NCBI GenBank assembly: GCA_965249135.1
Contig: OZ252220.1
Location: forward strand, 1,856,001-1,920,000
DNA from: Alphaproteobacteria bacterium
GTDB lineage: Bacteria; Pseudomonadota; Alphaproteobacteria; GCA-2746255
Direction: 5' to 3'
Length of the DNA: 64,000 bases
Shown: one piece after another, positions 41,891 through 51,148 of the stretch
How positions within the stretch are numbered: position 1 is the first letter of the stretch
Layout: each line of letters begins with the position of its first letter
Notes under the pieces: model-generated
Database searches by the model: none
The model's input: only the letters and a program-made list of their open reading frames with translations
What the model was told of the DNA's origin: nothing
Position numbers and translations under genes: made by a program

Positions 41891-43588
41891 ATGTTCCATC
41901 GGCTTTTCTGTCTCTTGGCCGTGCTTCTGCTGAGTGTTGGGTTTTCCGCCGCCATGGCTGGACCCCTTGACGCCCTTTTCGCACCAAAGGTGGAACCGTG
42001 GGGGCAGCGGGAGGCCTTTGATCCGGATTCGAAGACCCGGGTCAAGCACCTGCCATGGGCCCGCTTCCTTGCCAGCTACGTCGAGCTTGGCCCGGACGGG
42101 ATCAACCGCCTCGCCTATCACAAGGTCACCGAAGCCGATCGTGCAACGCTTGAGAATTACCTTGCCGCACTCGGGAAGACGCCCGTGAAGGTGCTTAATC
42201 GTAACGAGCAACTCGCCTATTGGATCAATTTTTATAACGCACTCACCGCGAAAGTCGTGCTCGATCACTATCCGGTCGAAAGCATTCGTGACATCGACAT
42301 TTCACCGGGCCTCTTCGCAGACGGGCCATGGGATGCGAAGCTGGTTACCGTGGATGGGGTCGAGCTTTCTCTGAACGATATGGAGCATCGTATCCTTCGC
42401 CCCATCTGGAAGGACCCCCGCGTTCATTACGGGGTCAATTGCGCATCGATTGGGTGTCCGAATCTTCAGACGTTTGCTTTCGAAGGCGACAAGATCGACG
42501 GAATGCTGGAAGACACGGCGATTGAATACATCAACCACCCACGCGGGGCGCGGGTCGAGAACGGTAAGCTGATTGTTTCCAGCATCTATTCCTGGTTCGA
42601 AGAGGACTTTGGTGGCGAAGAAGGCGTGCTTACGCACCTTCGCACCTATGCAGGCCCGGAGCTGAAGGAAAGCCTTGCCGGGATTCGTTCGGTTGACGGT
42701 AACGAATACGACTGGTCGTTAAACGACGTCGCTGCTTACGAAGCGGCGGTAGGGGGCCTCGTGCCACCGGAGGGCTTCACGGTGCCTACGGCCGTCGCCC
42801 TCAAGCAATGGGAGGCACATGAACCCAAGGCGACGGAAAAGATCGACCACGCCGCCTGGGCCGCATTCCTCACCAAATATGTCGCGCCGGGGGAAGATGC
42901 GATCAACCGCGTCGATTATGGCGCGGTGACAAAGGCAGACCGCAACGCGCTTGTGGCCTATATCAAAGGGCTGGAGGCGATACCGATTCGACGCTACAGC
43001 CGGGCCGAGCAGTTCGCTTACTGGGTCAATCTCTATAACGCAGCCATCGTCAAGCTTGTTCTCGACCATTACTGGTTGAGCAGCATTCTCGACATCGACG
43101 GCGAAGGAGACCTCGCCACCGATAGCGGACCATGGGATGCGAAGCTTGTAACCGTCGAGGGCGTGAAACTCTCGTTCAATGACATCGAAAGCCGCGCCTT
43201 GCGTCCCATCTGGAAGGATCCGCGAATCCACTACGCCTTAAGCTGTGCCGCATACGGGTGTGCCGATCTCCAGCCCGTTCCCTTCACGGCGGCGAACACG
43301 GAAGCCTTGCTGGCCAAAGCCGCCGAGGTCTATGTGAACCATCCGAGCGGCGCGCGCATCCGCAAGGGCAAGCTGATCGTTTCCGCCATCTATGCCTGGT
43401 ATCTGGAGGATTTCGGTGGGAATGACGAAAGCGTGCTGCGTCACCTTCGGCAATATGCGAAGCCAGCGTTCAAACGAGAACTCTCCGAGATCGAACGCGT
43501 CGCCAAGGTCGATTACGACTGGACTCTGAACGACGCCTCGCGTTCGCCATGGTCGGAAACGAAAAAACGCGGGAGCTTTACGAAATAA
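41891..43588 (+). CDS. Secreted protein with two tandem DUF547 domains
   Basis: Signal peptide; twice (Q.AYWIN.YNA, SI.DI, PWDAKLVTV.GV.LS.ND.E...LRPIWKDPR.HY...CA..GC, S.IY.W..EDFG, YDW.LND). Confidence 0.9.
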   Translation: MFHRLFCLLAVLLLSVGFSAAMAGPLDALFAPKVEPWGQREAFDPDSKTRVKHLPWARFLASYVELGPDGINRLAYHKVTEADRATLENYLAALGKTPVKVLNRNEQLAYWINFYNALTAKVVLDHYPVESIRDIDISPGLFADGPWDAKLVTVDGVELSLNDMEHRILRPIWKDPRVHYGVNCASIGCPNLQTFAFEGDKIDGMLEDTAIEYINHPRGARVENGKLIVSSIYSWFEEDFGGEEGVLTHLRTYAGPELKESLAGIRSVDGNEYDWSLNDVAAYEAAVGGLVPPEGFTVPTAVALKQWEAHEPKATEKIDHAAWAAFLTKYVAPGEDAINRVDYGAVTKADRNALVAYIKGLEAIPIRRYSRAEQFAYWVNLYNAAIVKLVLDHYWLSSILDIDGEGDLATDSGPWDAKLVTVEGVKLSFNDIESRALRPIWKDPRIHYALSCAAYGCADLQPVPFTAANTEALLAKAAEVYVNHPSGARIRKGKLIVSAIYAWYLEDFGGNDESVLRHLRQYAKPAFKRELSEIERVAKVDYDWTLNDASRSPWSETKKRGSFTK

Positions 43589-44997
43589 CGATTCCTCGCA
43601 CCGACGTGGTCGTCCGTGCCGCCTGGATCGCGCTCGGGCTTGCGTTGGTCGGGGCCCAGTTTTTTCTGCTAGATCTTTCGGCGAGTTTTGAGAGTGTGTA
43701 TCGACTCCCCGTGCCGGCGACGTTACGCCTCGTCGCGCTCGGCGTAACGGCAGGGGCTCTCTTCCTTACCCTGCCATCTCTCATCCGACGGACGGCAAAC
43801 AGACGAGCGCTTTTCTTGTGGATGCTTGGCGTCGGTCTTGCCATGCGCCTCGTCCTTCTTCCTTCGACACCCATATTGGAGGACGATTACCACCGCTACC
43901 TCTGGGACGGCGCCGTCGTTGCGACGGGTCACGATCCCTACCTCTATGCACCGGCCGACGTGTCGGAAGGTGCGGCACCGGAAAGCCTGCAGCAACTTGA
44001 GGCTAGCGCCGGTGAAGTCCTTGAGCGCATCAACCACCCGGAGGTACGAACCGTTTACCCGGTCTTGGCGCAAGCCTTCTTTGCGGGTGCGCATGCGCTT
44101 TTGCCATTCAGTTTGGAGGCCTGGCGGGGGGTCCTGTTGCTTGCCGACGTCACTTCCCTGGCGTTGCTGCTGTTTCTGTTGAAAACCCTTGGGCGCTCGC
44201 CGCTTTGGGCCGCACTTTTCTGGTGGAACCCACTGCTTGTAAAAGAGCTCATCAACTCCGCCCACATGGATGGCCTGCTGCTTCCATTTCTGATTGGCGC
44301 GCTCCTCCTTACGCTACGCGGACGGCATTGGTTTGCGAATTTCGCCCTGGCTTGTGCGGTCGGTGTGAAATTATGGCCCATTGTGCTGTGGCCGTTCTTT
44401 CTTCGCCCAGGTTTCGGAAAACGAGGCGCTTACCTCCTCGCAGTTCTTTTCTTTTCGATTCCATGCGGTCTTTTTCTTCTGCCTCAGTTCCTAGCGGGTC
44501 TCGATGAGGGGTCCGGCTTGGCCGTCTATGGCCGGCAATGGGAGATGAACGATGCCCTTTTCCTTCTCGTGCTTGAATTTGCAAAAGGGATACTCGCAGC
44601 CCTTTCGCTCGTTGGGTCGGCACCGGATGCGGCGCGCGGGCTGGTTCTTTTCGCCGTTCTTGGCGCGAGCCTATGGCTGGCGCGTTCGCCAGGCGAAGCG
44701 GCCCTTTGTCGCGGTATGCTTCTTGTCACCGCGCTTCTTTTCCTTCTGAGCCCGGCGGTCTTTCCATGGTACTACGCGTGGCTTGTCCCTTTGCTTGTGC
44801 TTAGTCCTAAGCTTTCGCTGCTCACGCTGACGGTGACGCTCCCGCTCTATTATTTACGCTTTGTGTTTGCCGATGCCGGACGTGCCGATATTTTCGATTT
44901 CGGGATCGTCTGGATTGAGGTGGTGCCTGTCCTTTTGCTATTCGCATGGGAGGAGCGTGGGAGATGGAGAGAGAAGCGGGGCTTTCATGCGACATGA
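43549..44997 (+). CDS. Polytopic GT-C fold glycosyltransferase (GT87/DUF2029-like); start uncertain
   Basis: EDDYHRYLWDG.V...G.DPY.YAP, INHPEVRTVYP, WWNPLL..E...SAHMD, VKLWP, WEMN, SPAVFPWYY.W. Confidence 0.82.
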   Translation: MVGNEKTRELYEITIPRTDVVVRAAWIALGLALVGAQFFLLDLSASFESVYRLPVPATLRLVALGVTAGALFLTLPSLIRRTANRRALFLWMLGVGLAMRLVLLPSTPILEDDYHRYLWDGAVVATGHDPYLYAPADVSEGAAPESLQQLEASAGEVLERINHPEVRTVYPVLAQAFFAGAHALLPFSLEAWRGVLLLADVTSLALLLFLLKTLGRSPLWAALFWWNPLLVKELINSAHMDGLLLPFLIGALLLTLRGRHWFANFALACAVGVKLWPIVLWPFFLRPGFGKRGAYLLAVLFFSIPCGLFLLPQFLAGLDEGSGLAVYGRQWEMNDALFLLVLEFAKGILAALSLVGSAPDAARGLVLFAVLGASLWLARSPGEAALCRGMLLVTALLFLLSPAVFPWYYAWLVPLLVLSPKLSLLTLTVTLPLYYLRFVFADAGRADIFDFGIVWIEVVPVLLLFAWEERGRWREKRGFHAT

Positions 44998-45709
44998 TGC
45001 ACGAATCGGCGTTGTCATACCGGCGCTTGATGAAGCGTCGGCCATCGGTAAGGTGATTGCGGCGATCCCTTCTTGGCTGGATGAGATCGTCGTTGTGGAT
45101 AACGGATCGACCGATGGCACGGTTGCGGTTGCCAGCGCGGCGGGCGCGCGTGTTGTCAATGAGTCACAACGCGGTTATGGTAAAGCCTGCCAGCGCGGCT
45201 TGCACGCACTCGAGCGCGTGGATGTCATCGTCTTTCTTGACGGGGATTTCAGCGACTATCCTGAGGAAATGGCCGATCTCGTCGATCCGATTCTGGAGGG
45301 CCGCGCGGAACTTGTCATCGGCTCCCGTGTCCTGGGCGAGGCGGTGGCGGGTGCGCTTACCTCGGTCCAGCGGTGGGGAAATCGGCTCGCCGTATCGCTT
45401 ATCCGGTTTTTCTATGGCGAACGCTTCACGGATCTTGGTCCCTTCCGGGCGATCCGGCGAGAAGCACTGGAGCGCCTTTCCATGATGGACCCCGACTATG
45501 GGTGGACGGTCGAAATGCAGGTAAAGGCAGCAAAACTTAAACTCGCCTCGATGGAAGTTCCGGTTCGCTATCGCCCGCGGATCGGTGTTTCGAAAATCTC
45601 AGGTACGGTTCGGGGAAGTTACCAGGCAGGAAAGAATATCCTTTTCCTTATACTTCGTGAGCGCTTTCGTTCTTCGCCGTTTCCGCCGCCCGCTTCAGAA
45701 GATCGATGA
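44987..45709 (+). CDS. Glycosyltransferase family 2 (DPM1-like polyprenol-phosphate type)
   Basis: VVIPALDE, VVDNGSTDGT, GYG.AC, FLDGD.SD.P, IGSR, TDLGPFRAI, YGWTVEMQ, SKISGT. Confidence 0.92.
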   Translation: MRHDARIGVVIPALDEASAIGKVIAAIPSWLDEIVVVDNGSTDGTVAVASAAGARVVNESQRGYGKACQRGLHALERVDVIVFLDGDFSDYPEEMADLVDPILEGRAELVIGSRVLGEAVAGALTSVQRWGNRLAVSLIRFFYGERFTDLGPFRAIRREALERLSMMDPDYGWTVEMQVKAAKLKLASMEVPVRYRPRIGVSKISGTVRGSYQAGKNILFLILRERFRSSPFPPPASEDR

Positions 45710-46316
45710 CTTCCTCATCGCGCGTTTGGCGAAAGTCCGCGTAATAGTAGCCGATCGCGCCAAGATCGAACGGTCGTTCCAAACAGACGACCTCATCCAC
45801 CTCTTTTTCTAAACGCTCGATCGTATCCGGCGGCGCCACGGGAACGGCAAGGATGAGCCGTGTTGGGTTTTTCTTACGGATCACCTTCAACGCGGCCCGC
45901 ATCGTTGCCCCCGTCGCGATCCCGTCGTCCACGACGATTGCCGTTAGGCCCTTGACGGAGGTTCGAGGTTTCCCGCCACGGTAAAGCTCCCTGCGTTTTG
46001 CGATTTCTTCGCGTTGGCGGCTCGCCTCCCAGCTCAGGAAGGCCTCGGAGATACCAAACGCGCGAACGATCTCCGGATTCGTCACCGTTTCCGGTTCCTC
46101 GCTCTCGACGATGGCGCCGATGGCGAGTTCCGACTGGCCCGGTGCCCCGAGCTTGCGCACCAGGACTACGTCGAGGCGGGATTTCAATGCCTTTGCGATT
46201 TCGTGAGCGACGACGACGCCCCCTCGGGGCAATGCCAGCACGACCGTCTTGTCACCGGCCAGGTGGTGAAGCTTGGCGGCCAGTCTTGCACCTGCATCGC
46301 TTCGATCTTCGAACAT
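45648..46316 (-). CDS. Phosphoribosyltransferase family protein
   Basis: F.DR.DAG..LA, LALPRGGV, VRKLGAPG..ELAIGA, IVVDDGIATGATM, AVPVAP. Confidence 0.92.
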   Translation of the reverse strand: MFEDRSDAGARLAAKLHHLAGDKTVVLALPRGGVVVAHEIAKALKSRLDVVLVRKLGAPGQSELAIGAIVESEEPETVTNPEIVRAFGISEAFLSWEASRQREEIAKRRELYRGGKPRTSVKGLTAIVVDDGIATGATMRAALKVIRKKNPTRLILAVPVAPPDTIERLEKEVDEVVCLERPFDLGAIGYYYADFRQTRDEEVIDLLKRAAETAKNESAHEV

Positions 46317-46496
46317 GGCCGGCCTCTTTTCATGGATCTCTGACGAATGGCCATTTCAGCCTTCGGCGCACGTAATGGTAGCCTTGGAAGGGTTCGGACT
46401 TCCACCTTCGAACGGGCCGCGCCGTTCCTCCTAGCTAGGGCAAAGATGGCAAGGAAACCAGCAGTTCCCGCGCTTAATCGCACGGCCTTCGGCCAG

Positions 46497-46513
46497 GGTT
46501 AACCTTTGATAAA
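46497..46513 (-). promoter_or_regulatory. CtrA-like box (one mismatch): TTTA-N7-TTAACC on minus strand
   Basis: ggTTAAcctttgaTAAA at 46497-46513, upstream of the membrane DGC. Confidence 0.5.
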
Positions 46514-46575
46514 TCGCACGGGTGCTATAGCCAAGGTCAGAAACGATTGCCAGCGGCAGGCGGGAGGAACGAAAC

Positions 46576-47782
46576 GTGCCATCGTTGCAGACCTTATTTG
46601 CAAACCTGCGCCCGTTGGTGCTGGGTGGACTTTACCCGCGATCAGCTTGCCGAGCTGCTTTCTTCGCGACGTCATTCGCCACTCGTGCAACGGCGCCGCG
46701 CCGTCATGGTCGCCTCGCGCGTGCGCATGGTGGCGGCGATCCTCGCCATACTCACGCTTTTGTGGATCCCGATCGACCCGTTGGTTTTCGAGTGGCCGCT
46801 CTGGAGCATTCTGACGGCGGGACGCGTCTTCGCAGGCGCCGGCTTCCTTGTGGTCGTGTGCATGTATCGGGACGTCGAAAGCATGCCGGTCGCCTATCGG
46901 GCGCTTGCGATTCTATTTACGATACCGACCGCCTTCTATTTGTTTTCCTATCCGTTCCTCGAGTTCGACGCAATGGCGAGCCTCGCCATCATATTAGCGA
47001 GCAGCTATGCGTTTCTTCCCTTCATCATGGTCACGGGCCTTGCGATCTTCCCATTGACTGCCCTGGAAGGCGTGTGTTTCGCGATTCCGCTCATTGGCAT
47101 CGCGCTTTTCGCGGCCTTATCGGAGTTCCATGGAATGCTCTGGAGCAACTACATGGGCGCAATGTGGTTACTGGGTCTGGTAGCGATCGTGGCGGTCGTG
47201 GCGGCCATGAGCCAGCTTCGCTTCTTGTTGGCGATCGTCACGGAAGCGGCGCATGATAGCCTGACGGGAACCATCACCCGTGCCTATGGCGAAGAGCTTC
47301 TGACCACCCAATACTACCAATCGGAACGGCATGGTGTGCCGCTGGCCATTGGCTTCGTGGATCTGGATGATTTCAAATCCGTCAACGACACCTTCGGTCA
47401 TGAGGAAGGCGACCGTCTTCTGAAGGAGGTAGCGGGTTCACTGCGCCGCAGTTTACGTGGCGGCGACATGATCGTGCGTTGGGGTGGGGAAGAGTTTCTC
47501 CTCATCCCTCCCCATACGGATGCGGCAGGTGCGGAGACCCTGGCGGCACGTTTGGGTCGGGTCGGGTTCGGTGTTCGCCCCGATGGCGAGCCGATCACCG
47601 TCAGCATGAGGATCGCCGAACGCAAGCATGACGTCACGCAAAACCTGCTGCAATTGGTCGAGATCGCCGATGACCGCATGTATGCGGCGAAGGAGGACGG
47701 GAAGAATCATATCGTGAGTTGCGGCGATCGCGTGATCCGTTGGGGGGATGCGGGGCCGAAGAAGGTCGCCCTGACGGCTTAA
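46576..47782 (+). pseudogene. Membrane-bound diguanylate cyclase (GGEEF), probably frameshifted near its 5' end
   Basis: GGEEF domain (DSLTG, DLDDFKSVNDTFGH.EGD, RGGD I-site, RWGGEEF, ADDRMYAAK). GGAGG plus GTG at 46576 is out of frame with the body; removing one T at 46631-46633 joins them. May instead be intact from a later start. Confidence 0.6.
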
Positions 47783-47840
47783 GGAAAAGCAAAAGGCTTT
47801 TAAGCGGCATCGCGTTCACGGGCGTCATTGGAATAGATCG

Positions 47841-47927
47841 TGGTGCCCCCAGGGAGACTCGAACTCCCACGTCCTTACGGACAACAGATTTTGAGTCTGC
47901 CGCGTCTACCAGTTCCGCCACAGGGGC
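47841..47927 (-). tRNA. tRNA-Leu, anticodon CAA
   Basis: Minus strand GCCCCTGTGGCGGAACTGGTAGACGCGGCAGACTCAAAATCTGTTGTCCGTAAGGACGTGGGAGTTCGAGTCTCCCTGGGGGCACCA: D-loop GG, anticodon loop CT-CAA-AA, long variable arm, GTTCGA, encoded CCA. Confidence 0.97.
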
Positions 47928-48044
47928 AAGGGAACCCATCCTAGCCTTCCGACAAACCCGGTCAATGGCCGGGGCTTGCTTCTCCGCGTCGCACACGGTC
48001 TATTGGCGGGAACCCCCTTCGTCATGCGCGAATGGTCGTCAAGG

Positions 48045-48626
48045 ATGCTGAAAGGACTCTACGACGGAACGATGCGTCTTGCCGCGGGCCCTCGGGCACC
48101 GACGGCGCTCACGGCCATCTCCTTTGCAGAAAGCTCCTTCTTTCCGGTGCCGCCGGACCTGCTGCTCATCCCCATGTGTCTGGCCGCCCGCGAGCGGGCC
48201 TTTTTCTATGCCGGCCTTTGCACGCTGGCGTCCGTCGCCGGCGCGTTGCTCGGTTATGGGATCGGCTATTTCTTCTATGAAACGATCGGCCATCCTCTGC
48301 TCGAGCTCTATGGCTTCATGGAAGCGTTTGAAACCTTTCGGCATCGCTACTACGCGTGGGGAATCTGGATCGTCGCTGGTGCCGGTTTCACGCCGTTTCC
48401 CTACAAGGTGATCACGATCGCAAGCGGCGTCGTCGGCATGGCCCTGTTGCCTTTTCTGCTTGCTTCGCTCGTGTCGCGCGGCATTCGTTTCTATCTGGAG
48501 GCGGGCCTTCTTTGGTATTTCGGCCCGTCGATCCGTGGCTTCGTCGAGAAGAACCTAGCGCCGCTTTCCATCCTCGCCTTTCTGCTAGCGATCGGGCTTG
48601 TCGTCCTTCTAAGGTATGTCCCATGA
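48045..48626 (+). CDS. YqaA/DedA family membrane protein
   Basis: SFAESSFFPVPPDLLLIPM, ASV.GA..GY.IG, GFTPFPYKVITIASG, SRGIRF. Confidence 0.92.
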   Translation: MLKGLYDGTMRLAAGPRAPTALTAISFAESSFFPVPPDLLLIPMCLAARERAFFYAGLCTLASVAGALLGYGIGYFFYETIGHPLLELYGFMEAFETFRHRYYAWGIWIVAGAGFTPFPYKVITIASGVVGMALLPFLLASLVSRGIRFYLEAGLLWYFGPSIRGFVEKNLAPLSILAFLLAIGLVVLLRYVP

Positions 48627-49117
48627 CGATGGCCCCAAGGACGGTGTGGTTCGGCTTTCTGGCCGCAAGCCTGGCCGTCCTTGCGACGGCCTATGGGTTG
48701 GAGTTCTTAGGCGGGCTTAAGCCCTGCGTACTTTGTCTCTATCAGCGCATCCCCTATGGTCTGGTGGCCGGCCTCGCGCTTGGTGCGCTTTTCTTCCATG
48801 GGAGTCCGAAAGGTGCCGCCGCGCTTTGCCTCGGCTTCGCCTTCATCTTTGTCGGGGGGGCGGCGCTTTCCTTCTATCATGTCGGCGTCGAACAGGACTG
48901 GTTTGCACTTCTGGAGGCCTGCGGCGAAGGGGGAGCCAGTCAAGGCATTGACGCACTTCGCGAATCCCTTGCCGCCACCCGGCCCGTGCGTTGCGACGAG
49001 GTCGCCTGGTCCTTCTTCGGGATTTCGCTCGCGGGCTTTAATCTGCTGGTCTCCGTTCTCCTGATGGCGCTGGCCATCGCCGCCGCCAGGACCTTAAGGA
49101 AGGAGCCAACGCCGTGA
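48623..49117 (+). CDS. Disulfide bond formation protein B family
   Basis: PCVLCLYQR.PY, YHVGVE..W, second Cys pair AC...VRCD, GISLAG.N. Confidence 0.9.
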   Translation: MTMAPRTVWFGFLAASLAVLATAYGLEFLGGLKPCVLCLYQRIPYGLVAGLALGALFFHGSPKGAAALCLGFAFIFVGGAALSFYHVGVEQDWFALLEACGEGGASQGIDALRESLAATRPVRCDEVAWSFFGISLAGFNLLVSVLLMALAIAAARTLRKEPTP

Positions 49118-49689
49118 CGGAAAAGGCGAAGGAGAAAGTGAATGAGACGGCGCGAGCACGACTGCCGGGCGATCCTCCTCGGGGGGAGTCGGTAAAAAGG
49201 ATGATCCGTGTCGATCACGCCGGTGAGTACGGGGCCGTGCAGATTTACAAGGGCCAGATGGCGGTGCTGGGCCGCTCCGGCCAGCGGGACGTCTTGCAGC
49301 AGATGCTCGATCAGGAGCGAGCGCATCTGGATACCTTCGAGGAATGGATCGCGAATCGCCGCGTGCGTCCAACGCTCCTTACCCCTTGCTGGCGTGTCGC
49401 CGGTTACGCATTGGGGGTGGCGACGGCGCTTCTGGGGGAACGGGCCGCGATGGCTTGCACGGTCGCCGTCGAAGAAGTGATTGCCGAACACTATGAGGGC
49501 CAGCTCTGCCAGCTTGGCGAAGAGGAGTCGGAATTGAGGGAGACGATTGCGGCCTTCCGGGCCGATGAATTGGCGCACAAAGACCTCGCCATCGAACATG
49601 GCGCGGAAGCGGCGCCTGCGTACACGCTCCTGAACGGTGCGATCAAGGCGGCGTCACGACTGGCAATCTGGCTTTCTACGCGGGTGTGA
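49114..49689 (+). CDS. coq7: Demethoxyubiquinone hydroxylase, Coq7 family
   Basis: RVDHAGEYGA..IY.GQ, E..H, AMACTVAVEEVI.EHY, DE..H. Confidence 0.93.
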   Translation: MTEKAKEKVNETARARLPGDPPRGESVKRMIRVDHAGEYGAVQIYKGQMAVLGRSGQRDVLQQMLDQERAHLDTFEEWIANRRVRPTLLTPCWRVAGYALGVATALLGERAAMACTVAVEEVIAEHYEGQLCQLGEEESELRETIAAFRADELAHKDLAIEHGAEAAPAYTLLNGAIKAASRLAIWLSTRV

Positions 49690-49710
49690 TGGGCCTCGCC
49701 GGCCACGGCT

Positions 49711-50289
49711 TTAAGACTGCTCGAGCTCCGTATCCCAGTAGAGATAGTCCCGCCAGCTTTTGTGAAGATAATTCGGCGGAAAGGCGCGGCCGTTTTCACG
49801 AAGCTCATAGGTGTTTGGCCGCAAGGGCTGGGCCATCGGGTACATGCCGCTTTGTCCCGGCGTGCGTCCGCCTTTACGAATGTTGCAGTGACCACAGGCG
49901 GAGACGACGTTCGTCCACGTCGTCCGACCGCCACAGGAACGTGGCACGACGTGATCGAAGGTCAGGTCTTCGGAGGCGAACGGCCCCCCGCAATAGAGAC
50001 ACTGGAAGCGATCCCGCAAGAAAACGTTGAACCGCGTGAAGGCGGGATAACGGTTGATGGGGATGTATTTCTTGAGCGCGATCACGCTTGGAAGCCGAAA
50101 CTTGCAGCTTGGCGAATGGATGAAGAGATCGTATTCGGAAAGGATGCTGACCCGGTTCAGCACGATCGCCTTGATCGCGCTCTGCCACGACCAAGTCGAC
50201 AGCGGAAAATAGTTCAACGGCTGAAAATCCGCGTTCAGCACGAGGGCCGGATAGTTCTTCAGTTGCGCTTCCACGCCTTCCTCTCGCAA
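49711..50289 (-). CDS. HNH endonuclease (start may be GTG 50274)
   Basis: ALVLNADFQPL, LPSVI.L, FTRFNVFLRD.F.C.YCG, TFDHVVPRS.GG.T.W.NVV.AC..CN..K. Confidence 0.92.
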   Translation of the reverse strand: MREEGVEAQLKNYPALVLNADFQPLNYFPLSTWSWQSAIKAIVLNRVSILSEYDLFIHSPSCKFRLPSVIALKKYIPINRYPAFTRFNVFLRDRFQCLYCGGPFASEDLTFDHVVPRSCGGRTTWTNVVSACGHCNIRKGGRTPGQSGMYPMAQPLRPNTYELRENGRAFPPNYLHKSWRDYLYWDTELEQS

Positions 50290-50422
50290 GCCGTTTCTGG
50301 TTTCCGCTCCGCCTCCATGAGCATGAGGCGGGCCGATTGTGCCCCGCTAAAGGAAAAAAGACCAGCAAAAACCGTATGTTGGAAGAAATTCCCGGACTTC
50401 CGGAGGAGCGGGTGGGGGGCGG

Positions 50423-51103
50423 CTAGTCCTGCTCGCTTGCCGCGAAGACGTCGGAGAGGAATCGTCCGCCAAGGGCTAGGCCGACCGTATCGATGCCGTG
50501 TCCAAGCCCTTGCGAAACATAGGACTTCACGGACACGTCCACGGTGACGAGCACGTTCTCCGTCATAATGAGGGCGGCAGCGGGGATCAAGGGGTCCGCC
50601 GCACCATGGACAAGAAGAACCGGCGGCCGAACCCGGATCTCATCGGCCAGTTGCTCAGGGCCAACGATGACGCCGGAATAACCGATGATGCCGGCCGGCG
50701 CACGGGAGCGGCGCAGTCCGACGTGAAGGGCCATCATCGTGCCTTGCGAGAAACCAATCAGGACGAGATTTTTCTCGGTGAGTCCGCGCTTTGCGAGTTC
50801 GTTATCGAGAAACCGATCCAAGAGCGGAGCCGCAGTTAAGACGCCGGCGTGCATATGCTCGAGATCAAGATTCTCCACCGGAAACCATTGGCGGCCGACC
50901 GGATGTTCGGCGCAAATCTGAGGCGCGTTTGGCGAAAGAAATTCCGCATCCGGAAGCAGGTCCGCCCAATGTGGCGTTAATCCGATGAGATCGTGCATAT
51001 CGGCTCCGTAACCATGCAAAAGCACGACGAGTTTTTTTGCAATCTCGCCCGAAGCCGGCGGATGGCAGACAGTCTCAAGTTCAACGGATTGGGGTTCGGT
51101 CAT
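50423..51103 (-). CDS. Phospholipase/carboxylesterase (alpha/beta hydrolase)
   Basis: LLHGYGA, GRQWF, GFSQG, VHG.AD, GLGHGI. Confidence 0.92.
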   Translation of the reverse strand: MTEPQSVELETVCHPPASGEIAKKLVVLLHGYGADMHDLIGLTPHWADLLPDAEFLSPNAPQICAEHPVGRQWFPVENLDLEHMHAGVLTAAPLLDRFLDNELAKRGLTEKNLVLIGFSQGTMMALHVGLRRSRAPAGIIGYSGVIVGPEQLADEIRVRPPVLLVHGAADPLIPAAALIMTENVLVTVDVSVKSYVSQGLGHGIDTVGLALGGRFLSDVFAASEQD

Positions 51104-51148
51104 GGCATTCGTGCCGTGCCTCTCGAAGAAAGTGGAAGCTATTCAACC

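Noticed and set aside
45648-45709. 62-nt convergent overlap of GT2 and phosphoribosyltransferase
   Set aside because: It involves only low-complexity C-terminal tails; common and uninformative.
46340-46480. Riboswitch or ncRNA between the phosphoribosyltransferase and the DGC
   Set aside because: Only a short imperfect hairpin (GGAAG...CTTCC); no recognisable aptamer consensus.
49711-50289. HNH nuclease as a mobile or defence element
   Set aside because: It looks like the common chromosomal alphaproteobacterial HNH next to a carboxylesterase; no methylase, repeats or intron context.
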